DNA from: Bdellovibrionales bacterium
GTDB lineage: Bacteria; Bdellovibrionota; Bdellovibrionia; Bdellovibrionales; UBA1609
Length of the DNA: 64,000 nt
Reading direction: 5' to 3'
NCBI GenBank assembly: GCA_027317865.1
Contig: DAHVQG010000001.1
Location: 32,001-96,000 of the forward strand
Shown here piece after piece: positions 29,850-39,309 of the stretch. Numbering within the stretch: position 1 is the first letter of the stretch; each line of letters opens with the position of its first letter. A program made the translations under genes and the position numbers. The notes under the pieces are model-generated. The model was not told the DNA's origin. It saw nothing but the letters and a program-made list of their open reading frames with translations, and did no database searches.

Positions 29850-32651
29850 CTAGTCGGATAGCGCCGCAACACATTTTGGACAAACGCCGGGGTAGCGCGA
29901 ATCGGCTCCGATTTCGGTACTGTAATTCCAGCAGCGTTCACACTTTTCACCTGGTGCGTGGCGCGCTTCAACAGAGAACGTTTGTTTGTCGTCGCGAATA
30001 AGTTGAACTGATGAGACGATCAAATATTCGCGTAGCCACGACTCACATTTTTTAAGTTCATCGAAGGTTCTGCCGCCTGCGCGCAAAATAACTTCAGCGT
30101 CGAGGTTTGAACCGATGACTTTATCTTGACGTAATGTCTCAAGCTTCTTTGATACGACTGCACGAATTTCGTCAAGCCGGGCGAAAAGCTCGAGAACTTC
30201 GCGATCATTCCATTCTGGTTTCGGAGTCGGAAAATCTGTCAAAAATATGCTTTCGCTTTTATTATCACCCGGCAAGAATGAATAAACTTCTTCGGTTAAA
30301 AACGATAAAATGGGGGCGAGAAGCCGCGACAAGACGCTAACCATTTCAACAAAAACAGTTTGTGAAGACCGGCGCGGGATGCCCGTCGGCTTACCCGTAT
30401 ATAGGCGATCTTTTAAAATGTCGAGATAAGTGGCGCTGAGGTCCGTCGTAAAAAATTGGTTGAGTGCATGGTAGACTTTGAAAAAATCATAGCTTTCGTA
30501 TGCGGCCGTCGCCGACGAGATGACTTGATTGAGCCGCGCCAAAGCCCATTGATCAATCGGTGGCATGTCTTTGAACGCAACGCGATCTTTTTTAGGATCA
30601 AAATCGCTCAGGTTGCCCAGCAAAAAACGCATGGTATTTCGAATTCGCCGGTATGTTTCGCTGACCCGCTTGCACATTTCGTCGGAGATCGTGACGTCTT
30701 CCCCGTAATCTTCATGGGCCACCCAAAGTCGTAAAATTTCAGCGCCGTATTTTTTAATCACTTCGGCCGGATCAACTACGTTGCCTTTGCTTTTGCTCAT
30801 TTTGTGGCCTTGCGCATCGTTGACAAATCCGTGCGTGATGAGCGCGCGAAACGGAGGATGTTCGTAAGCGGCCATTGACGAAATAAGACTCGTTTGAAAC
30901 CATCCACGATGTTGATCAGAACCTTCGAGATAAATGTCAGCAATTTCGTTATGCATGCGGGCGCGTTGAACACTGGTATGGCAACATCCCGAATCGAACC
31001 AGACATCAAGAATGTCGTCGCTTCGTTTAAACTTTGATTTTCCGCAGTTTTCGCATTTGTGACCGGCGGTGAAGGTTTCAACCGGACTATCAAAATAAGC
31101 TTCAATACCGGGCGCGGCTCCGTCTTTGCCGGGTGCTTCCATTGAGTCGGCAATTTTCTCCATAATTTCAGGTTTCATGAGCGGCGTTTCACAAGATTCA
31201 CAATAAAAAACCGGAATCGGTACACCCCAAGTGCGTTGCCTGCTTAAGCACCAATCAGGAGTATTTGCAACCATGGCTGTGAGGCGCGCTTGACCCCAAG
31301 CCGGAAAGTATTTGAGCTCATTTTCAACAACCGCGAGCGTTTTTTTGCGTAAACCAAAATTGTCATCCATTCGAATGAACCATTGGGGAGTGGCACGAAA
31401 AATCAGCGGCGTTTTCGTGCGCGGATTGTGCGGGTACGAGTGCACGATTTCTTTTTGCGCTAGGAGATGACCTGATTTTTTTAAATCTTCAACAATTTGC
31501 GCGTTGGCCGGCCAAATGCTTTGACCGGCGTATTTTGGCACGTCAGATGTAAATTTGCCGGCTGGGTCGACGGGTGAATAGACGGGTAAGTTATATTTGA
31601 GTCCCACGTGATAGTCTTCAAGACCATGGCCTGGGGCGGTGTGAACGGCTCCAGTGCCGGCATCAAGACTCACGTGATCACCCAAAATAATTAGTGAATC
31701 GCGATCAAGAAACGGATGTCGCGCATTTAAGTTCTCAAGTTCGGCGCCCTTCCAAATTGCAAGTGGTTCGCCAAGATTGAGGGCACATTCTTTAGCGATA
31801 CTATCCTTGAGTTCTGTTGCAAAAATTAGAATTTCAGAACCGGCATCGTACGCGCCGTATTCAAAATCCGCATTGAGGGCGACAGCAAAATTCGCAGGGA
31901 GGGTCCACGGGGTCGTCGTCCAGATCACGATTGACACGGGTTTTTTTGCGTTGAGCTTTCTAAGCGCCCCTTCAAGTTTAATGAAATTAAATTTCACATA
32001 AATAGAAAGACTTTTATGATCGTGATATTCCACTTCAGCTGCCGCCAAAGCGGTTTGCAAAGCCGGGCACCAATAAACCGGTTTGTTACCGCGAAAAACG
32101 ACGCCATTTTTGTAAATACGCGCGAGCACACGAATTTCATTTGCTTCGTAGGAGGGTGACATCGTGAGATAAGGATTATCCCACTTTGCAAGTACGCCGA
32201 GACGGACGAACTGTTCGCGCTGTTTATTGATCCACTTAGTTGCTTCTTCGCGGCACAAATCGCGGATTTGTTTTTTGGTTAAAGAGTTTTTTTTCTCACC
32301 CAGTTGAGATGTGACTTTGAGCTCGATCGGTAGACCGTGGCAATCCCATCCCGGAATAAATTCGGCTTTGTACCCCTGCATGTTGCGAAATTTGATGACG
32401 ATATCTTTGAGGACCTTATTCAGTGCCGTGCCGACGTGAACGTTACCATTGGCATAAGGAGGGCCATCCGGCATGACGAACGCGCGGCCGTTGGAATTCT
32501 TAGACATGATTTTTTCGTACAGCTTTGACGATCGCCATTTTTCAATAGCAATAGGCTCGGTTTGCGGCAAATTTGCCTTCATCGGAAAGGCCGTTTTCGG
32601 CAATATCACAGTATGTTTATAGCCTTCGCTTTTCTGCTCGCCCGAATTCAT
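29850..32651 (-). CDS. ileS: isoleucyl-tRNA synthetase (type 1)
   Basis: DGPPYANG, PGWDCHGLPIE, WTTTPWTLP, GTGAVHTAPGHG, EGSDQHRGWF, KMSKS, C-terminal CERC..CPKC zinc finger. Confidence 0.98.
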   Translation of the reverse strand: MNSGEQKSEGYKHTVILPKTAFPMKANLPQTEPIAIEKWRSSKLYEKIMSKNSNGRAFVMPDGPPYANGNVHVGTALNKVLKDIVIKFRNMQGYKAEFIPGWDCHGLPIELKVTSQLGEKKNSLTKKQIRDLCREEATKWINKQREQFVRLGVLAKWDNPYLTMSPSYEANEIRVLARIYKNGVVFRGNKPVYWCPALQTALAAAEVEYHDHKSLSIYVKFNFIKLEGALRKLNAKKPVSIVIWTTTPWTLPANFAVALNADFEYGAYDAGSEILIFATELKDSIAKECALNLGEPLAIWKGAELENLNARHPFLDRDSLIILGDHVSLDAGTGAVHTAPGHGLEDYHVGLKYNLPVYSPVDPAGKFTSDVPKYAGQSIWPANAQIVEDLKKSGHLLAQKEIVHSYPHNPRTKTPLIFRATPQWFIRMDDNFGLRKKTLAVVENELKYFPAWGQARLTAMVANTPDWCLSRQRTWGVPIPVFYCESCETPLMKPEIMEKIADSMEAPGKDGAAPGIEAYFDSPVETFTAGHKCENCGKSKFKRSDDILDVWFDSGCCHTSVQRARMHNEIADIYLEGSDQHRGWFQTSLISSMAAYEHPPFRALITHGFVNDAQGHKMSKSKGNVVDPAEVIKKYGAEILRLWVAHEDYGEDVTISDEMCKRVSETYRRIRNTMRFLLGNLSDFDPKKDRVAFKDMPPIDQWALARLNQVISSATAAYESYDFFKVYHALNQFFTTDLSATYLDILKDRLYTGKPTGIPRRSSQTVFVEMVSVLSRLLAPILSFLTEEVYSFLPGDNKSESIFLTDFPTPKPEWNDREVLELFARLDEIRAVVSKKLETLRQDKVIGSNLDAEVILRAGGRTFDELKKCESWLREYLIVSSVQLIRDDKQTFSVEARHAPGEKCERCWNYSTEIGADSRYPGVCPKCVAALSD

Positions 32652-33172
32652 TTTAACCTCTCGCCCATTTTTTCAATAAATTGCTGTCGCGAGTTTGTCT
32701 GCGGGAACATTTCACACACCCGTTCATAGCCGACAGCCACAAGTAAGCGCAGGGCTTCGCGTTCTGAACCTAAATTACATAGCGCTTGAACTTTGCGCAG
32801 AACCTCAATTGTACGTATGTCCAACGAATTAAAATTTTCTTGCGCGCTGCTTGGTACAAGCGGTTGTTGCAACGGCGGCGCGATGGGCATTGGTGCACGG
32901 GCCATCGGAGCTGGCGCGGTGGGGCTTTCAAATTGCTTCATCCCTTCAGCTAAGGCGCGCAGGTCTTGTTTGAATGCTTCGGAACTTGTCTCGGTCATAG
33001 TTGGCATCGTGCCACCGTTACGGCGCCTTGCTTGCAAATAGAGGGCGACAAGGCTATCTGAATTCGTCGCTAATTCGCGCACGGATTGCGGTTGCGACCG
33101 CATCCACTCGTAGGCTGCGGCGAGCATGTCGCGAGTGTATGCTTGCGGAGGGGGTAGCGGTACTGTTGCCAT
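32648..33172 (-). CDS. hypothetical protein
   Basis: 174-aa ORF, ATGA overlap with ileS, own sigma70-like promoter. Confidence 0.7.
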   Translation of the reverse strand: MATVPLPPPQAYTRDMLAAAYEWMRSQPQSVRELATNSDSLVALYLQARRRNGGTMPTMTETSSEAFKQDLRALAEGMKQFESPTAPAPMARAPMPIAPPLQQPLVPSSAQENFNSLDIRTIEVLRKVQALCNLGSEREALRLLVAVGYERVCEMFPQTNSRQQFIEKMGERLK

Positions 33173-33181
33173 TGGCGAACT

Positions 33182-33210
33182 AAGCTAGGCTCTGTACAGT
33201 AAATAGGCAA
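33182..33210 (-). promoter_or_regulatory. sigma70-like promoter for hypothetical-ileS
   Basis: Minus strand TTGCCT-N17-TAGCTT, 9 nt before ATG 33172. Confidence 0.5.
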
Positions 33211-33232
33211 GATTTTAATCGGCGCAAATAAA

Positions 33233-34720
33233 TTATTCGGCCGTTTCCGCGTAATCCTTCGCTACAATTCCATATTTTTCAATTTTTCTAAGCAGCGTTT
33301 TTTTCGGGATATTTGCGTGAAGCGCTGTCTGGTTGATGCGCCCCTTGAACATTTTCAAGGCTTTGATAATGAACTCGCGCTCAAACGCCTCCTTATGCTT
33401 GTTAAAATCTAAACTTTCACCTGAAATCGTCACAATTTCATCGCTGCGATTTTCGTTTGTTTCGTTTTCTTGCAGATCGTCCGCGTCTGGTTCGCCGGGT
33501 TCGTCAAAATTGTTGACATTCAGATTTGGCGCATTCAGCTCGACACCTGTTGCAAGCAAAAATGATTCCGGTAGCGATTGAACGGTCAAATGCGTGCCTT
33601 CTTCGAGAATAAATGCGTGTTCAATCACGTTTTCTAGCTCCCGAATGTTGCCCGGCCAGTCGTATTTTTTAAGTAGCGCCAGCGCTTCGGGGGTCGGCCC
33701 GATAATTTTTTTGCCCTGTTTTCTATTGAACTTTTGGATGAAATTTTTAACAAGCTGTTCGATGTCATCGCGCCGCTCAGAGAGTGAGGGTAAAAATATC
33801 GGCATGACATTGAGACGGTAATACAAATCTTCGCGAAACTTACCGTCTTTGTTCATCTGTTCGAGAGGCCGGTTGGTGGCGGCAATGATACGTACATTGG
33901 CTTCAATTTCGCGGTTTGACCCGACCGGGGTAAACACTTTTTCTTGAAGAACGCGCAAAAGTTTAACTTGCATCATAAGCGGCAAGTCACCAACTTCGTC
34001 TAAGAACAAAGTACCGCCTTCGGCATATTGAAATTTTCCGATTTTACGCTGATCAGCTCCCGTGAACGCGCCTTTTTCGTGGCCGAAAAGTTCTGATTCA
34101 AAAAGATTTTCTGGTATCGCCGAGCAGTTCAGTGCCACAAAGGGGCCCTCTTTCTGCGCGGAATTGACGTGAATGGCGCGGGCGACGAGTTCTTTACCGG
34201 TACCCGAAGCGCCTCGAATAAGAACGGGTGTGTCCACTTTCGAAAGCCGATGGATGACGTTAAACACTTTGCGCATTTGTGTATTGGAGCCGATGATTTT
34301 TCGGCCTTGTTCAGCCGAAAGTTGCGGCGCCGAGGCGACAACTTCTGAAACTAAATTGTACGCGGCAAGTGACTTGTTCACGAGATCGACGAGCTCTTCG
34401 CTTTTCACCGGCTTTGAAATGTAATTGTAGGCTCCTTCTTTGACTGCGCAAACCGCATCATTGATATTTGCGTACGCGGTCATGATGAGCACGATCATGG
34501 AGGGGTCAATTTCTTTAATTGCGCTAAGGGTTTTGAGGCCGTTGAGCCGCGGCATATCGACGTCTAAAATCACAAGATTATATGAGCCGGCTTTAATTTT
34601 ATCGAGAGCGTTAATGCCGTCAAACGCCTCGTCGGCGAGAAATTTACCGGTCGACTCCAACGTGTTTTTCACCGAGAGTCTTAAGCCTTGGTCGTCGTCG
34701 CAAACAAGAACTTTGATCAT
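33233..34720 (-). CDS. NtrC-family sigma54-dependent response regulator
   Basis: REC (VLVCDDD, LDVDMP, KP), [31 protein letters not shown]-terminal HTH. Confidence 0.95.
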   Translation of the reverse strand: MIKVLVCDDDQGLRLSVKNTLESTGKFLADEAFDGINALDKIKAGSYNLVILDVDMPRLNGLKTLSAIKEIDPSMIVLIMTAYANINDAVCAVKEGAYNYISKPVKSEELVDLVNKSLAAYNLVSEVVASAPQLSAEQGRKIIGSNTQMRKVFNVIHRLSKVDTPVLIRGASGTGKELVARAIHVNSAQKEGPFVALNCSAIPENLFESELFGHEKGAFTGADQRKIGKFQYAEGGTLFLDEVGDLPLMMQVKLLRVLQEKVFTPVGSNREIEANVRIIAATNRPLEQMNKDGKFREDLYYRLNVMPIFLPSLSERRDDIEQLVKNFIQKFNRKQGKKIIGPTPEALALLKKYDWPGNIRELENVIEHAFILEEGTHLTVQSLPESFLLATGVELNAPNLNVNNFDEPGEPDADDLQENETNENRSDEIVTISGESLDFNKHKEAFEREFIIKALKMFKGRINQTALHANIPKKTLLRKIEKYGIVAKDYAETAE

Positions 34721-34738
34721 GTTTCAGCTCCTTTAAAT

Positions 34739-36583
34739 TTACAAATCCATCGGGAGTTCGACGGTAAACGTCGAACCCTTCGTCGGTTCACTTTCAACCG
34801 AAATTTGACCGTGATGCAGCTGCACGAAGTAGCGCGCAAGATAAAGGCCGAGACCGTTACCTTTAATCGCGCCGTCGCGAACCGAGCGGCTGCGGTAAAA
34901 TTTCGTAAATAAATTTTCGAGTTCATCGTTGGGAATACCCATCCCCTGATCCGCCACTTGTACCATGAGACGCCCTTCGGTTTCTTCGGTTGTCACAAGT
35001 ACCGAGCTGCCTTCCGGACTGTATTTCACAGCGTTTTCAATAAGATTTGAAAACACTTGGCGCATCAAATCTTCGTCGATTTTAACGCTAAATAACGGTT
35101 CAAATTCGGTGACGATACGAATGCTTTTCTGTTTAGCGTAGTAATCCAGTTTTTGGATGGTTTCGGTGAGCAGCGCGTTTACGTCGCGGGACTTGAGCTG
35201 CAATTTAATATCCTTACTTTCGATACGGCCAAGATTGAGGATCGAGCCGACAAATTGGGTGAGCTCTTGCGACGATTCGCTAATCGTTTTTATGGCGTCT
35301 TGCTGTTGTGCGGTTAGGTGTGATGAATCGCGAAGTGCGATTTCGGTCATGCCTTGAATCCTCGCTAGAGGAGTTTTCAGGTCATGAGACATCAGTCGTA
35401 AAAAATTAGATTTGAGTTCCTCAACTTGTACAAGAAGGTTGTTGCGCTGAAAATATTCCCACGAACGGCGATTTTCGACAATCAACCGGTAAGGGATAAA
35501 AAAGTAATAACAAATAAAAACTGTAAGAAGCGGGTGTGAAACATCGATCCAAATGCCGGCGGCGGCGAACAATAACCAAGCGACAAAGAGAAACCCCGTC
35601 AAAGTAAGAACTAAAATATAAAGTCCGCGCACCGGTCGCAACGCAAGAACGATAAACACGGTGATAATGGCGATGAGGCACGTGATCATGAGATTAAGCC
35701 ATTTCGGAACTTGCACAGGAGCGTCGTTTAAAATTAGCGTATCAATCATGTTGGCTTGCAGTTCAGCTGTCGACATGGCCAGCTGATCGCGCGAATATGG
35801 GGTCATCGCGTAATCGTTTTCATTGGCCTTGTTGTCGATGCCGACGATGACAATTTTACCGCGAAATTTTTTAGGTGAAATATAACCTTGTTCGACGTCA
35901 ACAAAACTGTAATTCGGGTAGGTGCCGGTCGGTCGAAAGTTAATGTATGCTTGCTGAGTTCGTTTAAACGTGAAAACTCCACGATAATCTTTGACGCTCT
36001 TTTTGCCATTGATTTCGTCGGCAAGTTGCATCTGCGCAAGCGGCTTACCTTCGAAAGTTAAAATTACCCGCCGAGAAACGCCGTCTCGGGCAAAATTATA
36101 AACGTCAGCAGTTGTGGGGCCCGATTTGACGTCGAGATCTTGCAGCGGCGGGAGCAAACGAAATTCATCTTCGACGCCTTTGTCGGGGAGCGCGTTAGTT
36201 TTAAGAATGAGCAGATTGGCCCGTTTGGCCGCGCTCGCGAGCCTTTGAAGTTGCCCGTAAGATCCCATGATGTTGTTGAAATTATTCGTGTATAGAACGC
36301 GACGGGGCTTCGTTTGCGCAAGCCAGTTAAACAGTTTAACAAAATCATTCGCGTCGGGGAGCCGTTGCAACTCCTCTTGAGTTTTTTGATCGACGGTAAC
36401 CAACACGATGTTACCGGATGTGGCCGGGGCCGGCCGCGTTCTCACGCGCATGTCGTAAAAGAAACCTTCGAAATAGCTCAATCGAAACTGAAAAATAAGT
36501 ACGGCAAGGGCAATCGCCAGCCCGACTCTCAGGGCGGCAAATAGCCAACGCCGTTTTGATTTTTTATTTTTCTCAGTTTTCAT
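34739..36583 (-). CDS. CHASE2-domain sensor histidine kinase
   Basis: N-terminal TM, CHASE2 motifs (IVLVTVD, FRGKIVIVG, TPY, ELQANMIDTL), three TMs, H-box SHDLKTPL, NLIENAVKY, DQGMGI, GNGLGL. Confidence 0.92.
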   Translation of the reverse strand: MKTEKNKKSKRRWLFAALRVGLAIALAVLIFQFRLSYFEGFFYDMRVRTRPAPATSGNIVLVTVDQKTQEELQRLPDANDFVKLFNWLAQTKPRRVLYTNNFNNIMGSYGQLQRLASAAKRANLLILKTNALPDKGVEDEFRLLPPLQDLDVKSGPTTADVYNFARDGVSRRVILTFEGKPLAQMQLADEINGKKSVKDYRGVFTFKRTQQAYINFRPTGTYPNYSFVDVEQGYISPKKFRGKIVIVGIDNKANENDYAMTPYSRDQLAMSTAELQANMIDTLILNDAPVQVPKWLNLMITCLIAIITVFIVLALRPVRGLYILVLTLTGFLFVAWLLFAAAGIWIDVSHPLLTVFICYYFFIPYRLIVENRRSWEYFQRNNLLVQVEELKSNFLRLMSHDLKTPLARIQGMTEIALRDSSHLTAQQQDAIKTISESSQELTQFVGSILNLGRIESKDIKLQLKSRDVNALLTETIQKLDYYAKQKSIRIVTEFEPLFSVKIDEDLMRQVFSNLIENAVKYSPEGSSVLVTTEETEGRLMVQVADQGMGIPNDELENLFTKFYRSRSVRDGAIKGNGLGLYLARYFVQLHHGQISVESEPTKGSTFTVELPMDL

Positions 36584-36616
36584 GAGTCGAAATCTTTCGC
36601 GTTATTTGCAGTCGTA

Positions 36617-36736
36617 TTAAACCCAACTGCGTTCGGGGCAACCATTGGCGGCGCTTTTGCCTTCACGGGCAAGAGTCTCGCGTGTTTTATTGCCCGAAAC
36701 ATTCTTTGGTTTGCGGACTTTTTTAATGTGTTTCAT
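36617..36736 (-). CDS. 39-aa putative RiPP precursor peptide (SCIFF/CteA-like N-terminus, single Cys)
   Basis: AAGGAG RBS 6 nt before ATG 36736; overlaps the radical SAM stop; MKHIKKVRKPKNVSGNKTRETLAREGKSAANGCPERSWV. Confidence 0.75.
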   Translation of the reverse strand: MKHIKKVRKPKNVSGNKTRETLAREGKSAANGCPERSWV

Positions 36737-38057
36737 GTAAACTCCTTTTGTAGTACCAAATCGCGAGCGCCGCGATCTGGCGGGTTCGATGACAAAAATT
36801 TGGATCTTTTTCGTGACGGTTACCTGAAAATGATTTGTGTACAGCCATGCAACCCCCGCCGCATAAATGGCGTGCCCAGCAAGTTTGGCAGTGATTGAGT
36901 TCGATGAGCGTTGAGCCATAATGTTCAAGGTGCGGTTTTGACAAATCGGTGAGATGGCCGATTTTTTCGGTTTCGTCGTTCATAAACCAATTGCAAACAT
37001 AAAGGTCAGCGCGAGTATCGGATTGAATAAGCGATTTGCCCGCTCCGCAGTAATTATGCTGGCGCGTTTGACTCTCCAATCTCGTCAGCGGCCGTCTAAA
37101 CTGTTTGATTTTTACAAGCCCTGATAGCCCGTCGCGCGCGTAGAGCTTCGCGGCCGTTTTTTTCAATTCTTCAAGATAGCGGTTCGAAATTTCAAAGGCT
37201 GTTTCGGAGCGGTCGTTGTTTGAAAAGTTAAAATTATAGCGGTCAAAATCAAGATGAAGCGATTCGAGATAATCAAACGCCCGCTCGACTCGCGTATTGT
37301 GGGCGCCAAAAACGCAATTGACCGCGAGCGTACCAAGTTGATTCCGTACGGCACGTAGTTGTTCGAGTCCGCGAACGGTGAGCTCAGTTGAGCCATAACC
37401 GTTTTTTGCCTTTACCGGGCGGGTGAAGTCGTTTACTTCAGGTTCACCGTCAATGCTAACTGTGACGTGAAATCGATACCGCGCTAACATCTCCGCCGAT
37501 TCGCGTGTAATGAGGGTCCCATTGGTATTAATGGCAAAATGCAAATCAATGTCTCTTCCGCTTACCATCAATTGAGCGTAGCGGCACAGCGACTCAATGA
37601 CGTGCGGATAGAGCAGAGGTTCGCCTCCACAAAACTCAATTTCAAACGATTTGCTATCTTTGAGATTGGACAAAAAATACGAGATTTGTTGTTCGGCCTT
37701 ATGCGTGTCGATCTTTGTGATTTTAGAACCGTAAGTTCCGGCAGTTTCGTTCTTGCCATCAAAGTCGACGGCTGCGCAATAGGTACATTTTAAATTGCAT
37801 ATTTGCGCCACGTTAAGAAGCAGCGTACTTATTTCTCGCGACGAAGCGATGTCGGTTGTATCCGGAGAATTTTCTTTGTGCCACACCTCGAGTTCAGCCC
37901 TGATTTCGCTGTCTTTTTGAAGCGTGATTTCGTTTTCAAGCGCCTGCCAAACTTTTTCACTCAGTTCGGCAACTTCTAAGTTGCGCGCATGAAAACCCAA
38001 TACTTCGCCGTTTTCAGCGCGTGTTGCGAGAATGTCTTTGTAGCGGCGAAATTGCAT
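36723..38057 (-). CDS. radical SAM/SPASM peptide maturase (CteB/ranthipeptide-like)
   Basis: LNVAQICNLKCTYC (CxxxCxxC), FCGGEPLL, TNGTL, SIDG, SPASM CGAG..LYVC..CQTCWARHLCGGGC..C; GAGGG RBS before ATG 38057. Confidence 0.92.
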   Translation of the reverse strand: MQFRRYKDILATRAENGEVLGFHARNLEVAELSEKVWQALENEITLQKDSEIRAELEVWHKENSPDTTDIASSREISTLLLNVAQICNLKCTYCAAVDFDGKNETAGTYGSKITKIDTHKAEQQISYFLSNLKDSKSFEIEFCGGEPLLYPHVIESLCRYAQLMVSGRDIDLHFAINTNGTLITRESAEMLARYRFHVTVSIDGEPEVNDFTRPVKAKNGYGSTELTVRGLEQLRAVRNQLGTLAVNCVFGAHNTRVERAFDYLESLHLDFDRYNFNFSNNDRSETAFEISNRYLEELKKTAAKLYARDGLSGLVKIKQFRRPLTRLESQTRQHNYCGAGKSLIQSDTRADLYVCNWFMNDETEKIGHLTDLSKPHLEHYGSTLIELNHCQTCWARHLCGGGCMAVHKSFSGNRHEKDPNFCHRTRQIAALAIWYYKRSLHETH

Positions 38058-38125
38058 TTTCTTACCCTCTACGTGCAAAAAACAGCGTTGAAAATTCAAG
38101 GTGGTGTCAAACCCGTGTATCTAAG

Positions 38126-38141
38126 AGCAAATCACTTGCCA
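38126..38141 (-). promoter_or_regulatory. sigma54 promoter of the radical SAM-peptide-kinase-regulator unit
   Basis: Minus strand TGGCAAGTGATTTGCT vs consensus TGGCACG-N4-TTGCW (one mismatch). Confidence 0.75.
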
Positions 38142-38170
38142 GGCTTAAACCCGCAAAATAAGGGGCTTAG

Positions 38171-38205
38171 GCGACAATAAGTGTCACTTTGACACCAGAT
38201 TGTCA
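38171..38205. promoter_or_regulatory. cluster of TGTCA/TGACA inverted half-sites, candidate activator-binding site
   Basis: GCGACA-N5-TGTCA, GTGTCA-CTT-TGACAC, TGACA-N6-TGTCA overlapping, 30-65 nt upstream of the sigma54 motif. Confidence 0.45.
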
Positions 38206-38236
38206 ATCCACAGGAGTAACTGCAGAGCACAGGCCT

Positions 38237-39130
38237 TTAAAGTTTTTGATAAATGAGTACGAATTCAGATGTCGTGGTAGGAGCGTCAACCGGCACTGTT
38301 TTGATGTCAAAGGTCAACGTGTCGTTGTTGGGTTGCCGCGCAGTTAGCGTTGTATTTTCAAGTGTTGTACCGTTTAGCCAAACGAAATGGAGGTGACTGT
38401 TTTGGTTGGCCGGAGGTTTCGCAACAGGCGCAGTGGTTTGCGGCATTGGCCCCACAAAATCGGCGCTGGCGGCTGAAATTTGAGGCTGTGGTTTTTGAGC
38501 TTTCGGTTTCGACATGAGCCACGCGAGTGGGTTAAATGCCGTTGGCGTTACCGTTGAAAGATCGTACTCACCCTCAGGAGTTCGAAAATCAGACATGGGT
38601 ATAAGACGGTCGGGTTTGAGATAAAAGTTATAAACGACTTGTGCATCGGGTATGGCGGCGTTTTTAATAAATCCTTTGTTACCTTCAAACAGTCGCGGAA
38701 TAACAAGGCTTGAAGTCATGTTTTCTTCGGCAATATTGATGGGACTCGTATACTCAGTCACGACACTTTCGGGTTCACTGATTTCGGGGAGTGTATCTGT
38801 AAAGAGCACCTCAACGCTGTCGGTAATGTCTGTGACATGAGTCAAAATTTTAGTGAGCGCATATTTGCCGCTACCAAATGTTTTTTTAAAATTGAGATTT
38901 TTCCAAGCAAGCGCCGGCGAGTTGCCCGCCGCTTTTTTAATTTCGCGCTGAATGTCTTTGTGGCTCGCAAAACCACTGTTATCTACATTGCCGATGAGAG
39001 AGAGATCTTCAACATTGATATCGTCGGCTTTAGCCTTGGCGGTCAATAAAATGTTGGTTGCGCCAATAATGGCCAGCGCTGTAATAGCCGTGGCAATCAG
39101 ATTCGAATTTCGTTGTGTAAATCGCTTCAT
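38237..39130 (-). CDS. hypothetical secreted protein
   Basis: 297 aa, signal peptide ending AKA-D, Pro/Thr-rich C-terminal linker; no family recognised. Confidence 0.7.
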   Translation of the reverse strand: MKRFTQRNSNLIATAITALAIIGATNILLTAKAKADDINVEDLSLIGNVDNSGFASHKDIQREIKKAAGNSPALAWKNLNFKKTFGSGKYALTKILTHVTDITDSVEVLFTDTLPEISEPESVVTEYTSPINIAEENMTSSLVIPRLFEGNKGFIKNAAIPDAQVVYNFYLKPDRLIPMSDFRTPEGEYDLSTVTPTAFNPLAWLMSKPKAQKPQPQISAASADFVGPMPQTTAPVAKPPANQNSHLHFVWLNGTTLENTTLTARQPNNDTLTFDIKTVPVDAPTTTSEFVLIYQKL

Positions 39131-39144
39131 AACCTTTTGAAATG

Positions 39145-39162
39145 TATCAAGAGCCGTGCCAA
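39145..39162 (-). promoter_or_regulatory. probable sigma54 promoter (GA variant at -12)
   Basis: Minus strand TTGGCACGGCTCTTGATA: perfect -24 element TGGCACG, then N4-TTGA. Confidence 0.55.
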
Positions 39163-39309
39163 CTCTTGCCGCACAAGTTTTTGAAAATCCAACAAGGTTC
39201 GAATAGTTAGAACAGTGTCGCGGGCTAAAATGATGAAAGTTGAACAGGGTTTTGAAATCACTTCAGAGCCAAAAAACGACGCCGTTGCGCCGCATTTCAG
39301 CGCTATTGG

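Noticed and set aside
36617-36928. 103-aa ORF from the track
   Set aside because: The first 64 codons overlap the conserved SPASM domain in another frame; only the 39-aa part after the RBS at 36743-36748 is credible
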